Shown one piece after another: positions 55,621 through 60,368 of a stretch of 60,368 bases of DNA. The notes under the pieces are model-generated. The model ran no database searches and was not told where the DNA came from. It worked only from the letters and a program-made list of their open reading frames with translations. This DNA is from a virus (taxonomy: Duplodnaviria > Caudoviricetes), in IMG/VR virus record IMGVR_UViG_3300028840_001367, positions 1 to 60,368 of that record, one strand, 5' to 3'. Position 1 is the stretch's first letter. Every line of letters begins with the position of its first letter. Made by a program: the position numbers and the translations under genes.

Positions 55621-56349
55621 TCACAGCAGACCCAACTGCTCTGCCAATGCTTTTTGCTTTTGTGCTCTGGTGAGCACTGGTGCACTCACTGGCTCAAGAG
55701 CAGCAAGCTCTGGCAGCATCACGTCACACTGCTTGAGATTGTCTCTGGCAGTCTGTGCAGTGCTCTCCTCAATCTCACAAGTGACAAAGTGTCTGCCAAG
55801 CATAGTGCACGCTGCTGCCACGGTGCCAGTACCACAGAAAGGGTCAAGCACCACGTCACCAGGGTCAGTGAGCTTGGCAATGTAGTATGCAAAAAAAGCA
55901 AGGTTGTCTTGCCAAGGGTGCTGGTGCTTGGTGATTGGTCCAGCCTTGTATGCATCTGGCACCATTGAGCCAGCACGTGCTTTTGGCTTGTCAGCTTGCA
56001 CCCTTGCATACCAGAGGTATGGCTTGTACGCTTGCTGCACTCTATATTTCCAGAACGTCCTGAGACCAGTGAGAGTCTCAATCAAGACAGGGTACCTCAC
56101 AAGACCAGGGTCAGACATTGCACGCTCATGGTCAAAGAGGTACTCACTGCAACTCTGTACAATGCAATTGCCACCAACCTTGAGCACACGTCTGGCAATG
56201 TTGCCAACCCATGCATAGTCGTTGACATTCTGCCAGACAGGGTCACAGAATATCATGTCAATGCTCTGGTCTGGCACCTTGCGCCAGACAATCTCAAAAG
56301 CATTGCCCACAGTCACCACGTCAAGCAAGTGCTCTGGCACTTTGTTCAC
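55621..56349 (-). CDS. N4-C/N6-A DNA methyltransferase (beta class)
   Basis: IDMIFCDPVW (motif IV variant), HPWQ, VLDPFCGTGT (motif I). Confidence 0.82.
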   Translation of the reverse strand: MNKVPEHLLDVVTVGNAFEIVWRKVPDQSIDMIFCDPVWQNVNDYAWVGNIARRVLKVGGNCIVQSCSEYLFDHERAMSDPGLVRYPVLIETLTGLRTFWKYRVQQAYKPYLWYARVQADKPKARAGSMVPDAYKAGPITKHQHPWQDNLAFFAYYIAKLTDPGDVVLDPFCGTGTVAAACTMLGRHFVTCEIEESTAQTARDNLKQCDVMLPELAALEPVSAPVLTRAQKQKALAEQLGLL

Positions 56350-56369
56350 TTGTACACCTCACGCTGTTT

Positions 56370-56466
56370 TTGACAGTCTGTTGTCAATCTCTGACACAAC
56401 TTTGTCAACGATTGACCTTTGTGTAGTATTACACTCATTATACTCTGCTTTGACACCTTGTGTCAA
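56370..56466 (-). promoter_or_regulatory. Promoter of MTase/terminase operon with tandem operator palindromes
   Basis: TTGACA-18-TATAAT (56466-56437); palindromes at 56370-56387, 56391-56408 and an N5 variant at 56450-56466. Confidence 0.75.
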
Positions 56467-56482
56467 TGGCTCACCCCAAAAG

Positions 56483-56513
56483 AGAGGCACCAGCCAACCA
56501 AGCCAGTGCCTCT
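56483..56513 (-). terminator. Intrinsic terminator
   Basis: AGAGGCAC...GTGCCTCT followed by CTTTT on minus. Confidence 0.7.
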
Positions 56514-56532
56514 GCCTTTTGACCCTTACTTG

Positions 56533-56679
56533 TCAGTCAAGCTGTTCAGGGTCAACCACAATGAGACCAGTGAGCCTCTCAAAAGCACTCAAGAGCCAGT
56601 CACCAACCCTGGTCTCAAGCAAGAGCTTTGCCAACTTGGTCTTGCTGTGGTACTGCAACGTCATGACGTTCTCACTCAT
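56533..56679 (-). CDS. Small hypothetical protein (48 aa, not in ORF track)
   Basis: RBS GAGGAG; MSENVMTLQYHSKTKLAKLLLETRVGDWLLSAFERLTGLIVVDPEQLD. Confidence 0.55.
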   Translation of the reverse strand: MSENVMTLQYHSKTKLAKLLLETRVGDWLLSAFERLTGLIVVDPEQLD

Positions 56680-56684
56680 GATAC

Positions 56685-57107
56685 TCACTCCTCAAGCATA
56701 GCAGTCTTGCTGCTTGCGCTTGGCAGACCCATTGGGCCAAACATAGTTGGGTCTGCTGGCTGTTCAACAGTCAATCTCTTGTATCTGCCATACGTCTGCA
56801 CCTTTACATCTGCCACTTTCTGAGCTATGCCAAAGATACTCTCAGCAGCAGCTTGTGCACCAGTCAGCACAAAGTCTGCTTGCTTGAGACCAAACCACAG
56901 ACCAAGTGCACCAGTTGCCAGCATACCCACAGGCAGCAGTATGCTCACCACGATTGCCCAAGTCTGCACAAAGGCTCTGCTCTGTTGTGCCAGCACCAGC
57001 CAGCACACCCACACGAAAGCAGCGAACAGAGCCACCAGCAGCACTGCAATGGTCACCATTGCAATTGCCTTGATCTTGTCAAAGGTCTTTGCACTCTCAC
57101 TCATCAA
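56685..57107 (-). CDS. Two-TM membrane protein
   Basis: Two long hydrophobic segments. Confidence 0.75.
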   Translation of the reverse strand: MMSESAKTFDKIKAIAMVTIAVLLVALFAAFVWVCWLVLAQQSRAFVQTWAIVVSILLPVGMLATGALGLWFGLKQADFVLTGAQAAAESIFGIAQKVADVKVQTYGRYKRLTVEQPADPTMFGPMGLPSASSKTAMLEE

Positions 57108-57777
57108 AGTACCTCTCAGTCATACGGTTGAGCAGCTTGGTTGGTGGCACAATCTTGCCATAGGGTGCAAACACCTCAGCAAAGCAACACTCACTCACGC
57201 CAGCATAGAACACGGTCACACCTTTCTTGGCAGCACCACGCTCAGCACCGTCTGGTGTGTAAAAAGCTGGTCTCTCTGTGAGGTGACAGCACCAAAGCTG
57301 CTCATACAACTCCTCATACCACTTGTACCCAAGCACTGACTTGACCACCAGTATGCCACCAGTCATGTCACCATACTCCCAAGCAGACAGAAACTTTGCA
57401 GCCCACAGATGAGGCTTGGCAGTCTTGTCAATCTCAGGGTCACCCCTTCTGTACAACTTGCTTGGTGGGTTGCAGAACACATGACCAACCCAAGGCAGAG
57501 CCAGACCATTCTGCTCTTTGGTATAGTACCTCTCTGCCTTGACAACTCGATTGGCAATCTCTGTTGAGCAAGGGTCAAGGTCAATGTACCCAAGTGCTCT
57601 GTCTGCCAGCTTGACCAACCAAGCTGGTGTGTACCAGCTATCATCCTCACACGTGAACGTTGTGACATGCACTTGCTGCTTTGTTTCTGACCTTGGGATA
57701 TACCAATCACAAGACAAGACTTGCACAACTGGTATGTCATGTGGGCAATTGGCAATGCAACTCTCACAGTCAATCAT
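57097..57777 (-). CDS. Phage Dam-type DNA N6-adenine methyltransferase
   Basis: WYTP, IDLDPCS, NGL..PW.G.VFCNPPS (NPPY variant). Confidence 0.82.
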   Translation of the reverse strand: MIDCESCIANCPHDIPVVQVLSCDWYIPRSETKQQVHVTTFTCEDDSWYTPAWLVKLADRALGYIDLDPCSTEIANRVVKAERYYTKEQNGLALPWVGHVFCNPPSKLYRRGDPEIDKTAKPHLWAAKFLSAWEYGDMTGGILVVKSVLGYKWYEELYEQLWCCHLTERPAFYTPDGAERGAAKKGVTVFYAGVSECCFAEVFAPYGKIVPPTKLLNRMTERYFDE

Positions 57778-57971
57778 ATGCTCACCTCACTGCTCTCTCT
57801 CACCAGTCTCAGCACCTCTCTGCCAAACTTGACCAGACGTGCACCACGTGTGCCACCAGGGACATTGCCAGCAAAGCGTGCTCTGTACTTGTCGCGACCC
57901 TCACCAGCCAGAGCAGACAGCACTGCATTGCTCACCTCTTGTGCAGTGTAAAAACGGTTGACGCTCAACAT
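57774..57971 (-). CDS. Small ORF, possibly the frameshifted C-terminus of the FtsK-like protein
   Basis: Overlaps the FtsK 3' end by 71 bp; joins in frame if one T is removed at about 57950. Confidence 0.45.
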   Translation of the reverse strand: MLSVNRFYTAQEVSNAVLSALAGEGRDKYRARFAGNVPGGTRGARLVKFGREVLRLVRESSEVSI

Positions 57972-59001
57972 ACAAGGCTTGCATGTCTGTGCCTGTCACC
58001 AGGGTGCCTTGCACCCTCTCACCTTGGCAATAGCAGTCACCAGCACCAGTGAGCTTGTCTGCTCTTGGGTGCTCTGACCCCACAACCACTTGGCTTGCAG
58101 CAAAGTCTGTCACTTGCAGAGCCAGTCTGCCTCTCAAGTTGCGCTTGGTCTGTGGGTCACCCATGACAGAGTTGACAGGGTGCTGAGTTGCCAGCACCAA
58201 GTGCACGCTTGCTGCTCTGCCAAGGCTTGCAATCTTGCGTATTGCCTCAGCAACAAACTTGTCAGAGGCAAACTCTTGGAACTCATCAAAGACCACCACC
58301 AGTCTCTTGGCAGTGCTCTCTGAGACGCTCTCTCTGCTGACAAGCTCATACCTCTCTTGCATTTTACTCAGCACATAGCTCAGAGCACCTCTGGCAGCGT
58401 CAACGTTGGTGGCACACTGACCAAGCACACAAGGCAGTGCCTCAAGCCTCTTGAGACTCTCACCCTCTTTGCCATCAATGAGTACCAAAATGCAATCGTC
58501 TGCCCTTACAAGCTGGTATATTAAATTATGCAATGCAACTGACTTGCCAGAGCCAGAGGTACCACCAACCAGCCAGTGAGGTGTTGAGTCATCGAGTGCA
58601 CCCACCACGGTTGCACCATACTCATTGAGACCCACAACCCAATGACCATTGCCCAATGGCTTTTGACACACACTTGTCAACTTGACAACCCTCTCTTGCA
58701 AGTCCAAGGGCCAACCAGCCTCAAGCCTCACATACCACTTGCTCAAGCTGACACTGAGCGTCTTGTCATCAAAGTCAAAAGGCAGCAATTGCCTCAGCAG
58801 AGCAGCATTGTCTTTGCTCAATGCCTTGAGCACCTCACCAGTCAAGCTGCCAGCACTCACCAAAGCAACTGCTGCTCTTGGGCCAGACACAACTTGCACG
58901 CTTGGCACAAAAGACTGCTTGCTCAGCAGACCCAACTTGCCAGCTTGCACAATGCGTCTGGTCAACTCACTCAGATACTTTTTCCTTGTCTCTTGGCTCA
59001 T
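57901..59001 (-). CDS. FtsK/SpoIIIE-family ATPase
   Basis: PHWLVGGTSGSGKS, LIDGK, M.ERY, VVFDEFQE, GRAASVHLVLATQHP, A.KL.G.GD. Confidence 0.9.
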   Translation of the reverse strand: MSQETRKKYLSELTRRIVQAGKLGLLSKQSFVPSVQVVSGPRAAVALVSAGSLTGEVLKALSKDNAALLRQLLPFDFDDKTLSVSLSKWYVRLEAGWPLDLQERVVKLTSVCQKPLGNGHWVVGLNEYGATVVGALDDSTPHWLVGGTSGSGKSVALHNLIYQLVRADDCILVLIDGKEGESLKRLEALPCVLGQCATNVDAARGALSYVLSKMQERYELVSRESVSESTAKRLVVVFDEFQEFASDKFVAEAIRKIASLGRAASVHLVLATQHPVNSVMGDPQTKRNLRGRLALQVTDFAASQVVVGSEHPRADKLTGAGDCYCQGERVQGTLVTGTDMQALYVERQPFLHCTRGEQCSAVCSGW

Positions 59002-59215
59002 TTTGGCACTCTCTGCTCTTGGCAGTCTGGTGCTTGCTTGCTCTCACCAATCTTGACACATCACTGTCAAGTTGTCTCTTTACTTTCCAAGTTCTATACA
59101 CCCTCTGCCACCACAAGTGCACGCTGCCAACCAAGTCAGCACCAGCCAACAGCACTGCTGCCACGCTCAGCACGACAATGAGCACCAGCAGTGCTTGCAT
59201 ACCAATCTCACTCAT
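58967..59215 (-). CDS. Small single-TM protein
   Basis: Hydrophobic N-terminus, basic tail; directly upstream of FtsK. Confidence 0.65.
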   Translation of the reverse strand: MSEIGMQALLVLIVVLSVAAVLLAGADLVGSVHLWWQRVYRTWKVKRQLDSDVSRLVRASKHQTAKSRECQNEPRDKEKVSE

Positions 59216-59526
59216 ATGTCACCTCTCAAGGTAAAAAGTGACTGCTCAAGTGCTCTTTGCACAGCTTTGGCAGCTTGCTCAATCTCAGCAGGGTCAACGT
59301 CACCAACCAGACTCTCTCTCACTTTGGCAACTTGCTCAAAGGTCACAGTGCAATTGGTGACGGTTGCATTGCGTTGCCAACCACACTCACGACACACATA
59401 CACAAACAAGTCACCCTCACTGTCAGCAAGCTCAACCAACTCAAGCTGCTTGCTGCCACACTCACTGCACTTGTTGTACACAATGTGACCAGTGCCAAGC
59501 TCAATTGAGTCTGAGTCACCAAGCAT
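59212..59526 (-). CDS. Zn-ribbon protein
   Basis: CSECG...CRECG. Confidence 0.7.
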   Translation of the reverse strand: MLGDSDSIELGTGHIVYNKCSECGSKQLELVELADSEGDLFVYVCRECGWQRNATVTNCTVTFEQVAKVRESLVGDVDPAEIEQAAKAVQRALEQSLFTLRGDI

Positions 59527-59537
59527 ACTGTCTCACC

Positions 59538-59999
59538 TCAACCAATACCAGGGTTGGCGTCTCTTGCTGCCTCTGCCAACAACTCACCTTGGGTCTCATC
59601 CTCAGTTGCCTCTGGTGGGTTGTATACTAACTCTTGCAGAGCGTCAACCCACTCCTCAAGACTGCCAATCCTCTCAGTCAGCAACATACCACTTGAGCTT
59701 GAGTCTTGCAGAGCATATGGCATGTTGTCAAGACTCTCCTCACACTGCTCTCTCAGAGCCTCAAGCTCACCAATCAGACTCTCAAGCTCATCTGGCGTCA
59801 TCTCTGCTGGTATGCCATCCTCAATCTCATACAACTCTGCCAAGAAAGCTGACTGAGTCAACTGTGAGCGTCTTGGGTACGTCTTGCTCATCTGGCGTGC
59901 CCTATACCGAAATTTCCACCAAAAGTATGAGTCACCCTTTTCAATACCAAAAGCAGGGTATGCTTTGCGTGCTCTTGTCACTCTGTGTACTCTAGGCAC
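59538..59999 (-). CDS. Conserved phage hypothetical protein
   Basis: GTG start after GAGGAG; ARK.YP...I.KG.SY.WWKFR...S...P.RSQLT.S. Confidence 0.75.
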   Translation of the reverse strand: MPRVHRVTRARKAYPAFGIEKGDSYFWWKFRYRARQMSKTYPRRSQLTQSAFLAELYEIEDGIPAEMTPDELESLIGELEALREQCEESLDNMPYALQDSSSSGMLLTERIGSLEEWVDALQELVYNPPEATEDETQGELLAEAARDANPGIG

Positions 60000-60033
60000 T
60001 GTGATCTCTCCTCTCTGTGTGCACAGTTGCACT

Positions 60034-60068
60034 TGTGAAAACATCCAAACCAGATTGGGTGCTTTTCT
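60034..60068 (-). repeat. Dispersed repeat R, copy 6
   Basis: Core at 60050-60068. Confidence 0.95.
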
Positions 60069-60091
60069 GGCTCACATACAACCAGCGTGGC

Positions 60092-60313
60092 TCACCCTCT
60101 GTTGTGTGCTGCCTTATGGCAAGCTGGACAAAGCACCGTCAAGTCAACAATGTGCTCTCTGCCAACCCTCTCATATGACAAGTGGTGCACGTGCAGTACT
60201 TTCTTTGGCTTGCCACACTCTCTGCACTTTTTGCCATAGAATTGCAGCACGATCCGTCTCTTGGTCTGCCAAGCATCTGAGTCAATGTACCTCTTGTACT
60301 CTGCCTTGTCCAT
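60092..60313 (-). CDS. HNH endonuclease
   Basis: CRECG, LHVHHLSY, LCPACHKAAH. Confidence 0.88.
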   Translation of the reverse strand: MDKAEYKRYIDSDAWQTKRRIVLQFYGKKCRECGKPKKVLHVHHLSYERVGREHIVDLTVLCPACHKAAHNRG

Positions 60314-60368
60314 TCTCACCCCAACACATCGAGTGCTCTCTGAGCTTTTCTCACAAGCTCTTGGTCTG
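60225..60368. repeat. Terminal direct repeat (copy of 1-144)
   Basis: Exact match. Confidence 0.97.

Noticed and set aside
1-60368. Alternative genetic code (stop reassignment)
   Set aside because: Genes are full length under the standard code, and TGA, TAA and TAG all end genes.

Overview
The window is almost certainly one complete, circularly assembled genome of a long-tailed (siphovirus-like) bacteriophage. Bases 1-144 are repeated exactly at 60225-60368, giving a unit length of about 60,224 bp. It has two arms. A + strand early arm (about 2.6-26.1 kb) has near-consensus sigma70 promoters, a Toprim/TopoVI-A-like protein, DinG and UvrD helicases, an ERCC4 nuclease, an AAA_24 ATPase, SWIM and SprT proteins, an RlpA-like protein and a 920-aa repetitive coiled-coil. 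A - strand arm starts at parM (2.3 kb), wraps through the origin (ParR-like, HNH, FtsK-like ATPase, two DNA methyltransferases) and continues into terminase, portal, head, tail and a lysis-position cassette. I found no integrase, DNA polymerase, primase or canonical endolysin, so ParM/ParR suggests a phage-plasmid lifestyle. A Chloroflexota (Anaerolineae-like) host is my inference from the secreted Pro/Thr-linker proteins, not a search result. The most unusual elements are: (1) four glycosyltransferases inserted between head-completion genes and bracketed by inverted copies of a six-copy dispersed repeat, plus a sulfotransferase in the head module; (2) an intact response-regulator receiver domain fused to a coiled-coil and TM anchor next to the holin; (3) signal-anchored proteins inside the virion operon; (4) several layered families of cis-regulatory repeats; (5) a candidate structured ncRNA; (6) strong genome-wide trinucleotide avoidance. 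All family assignments are by motif recognition, without database searches.
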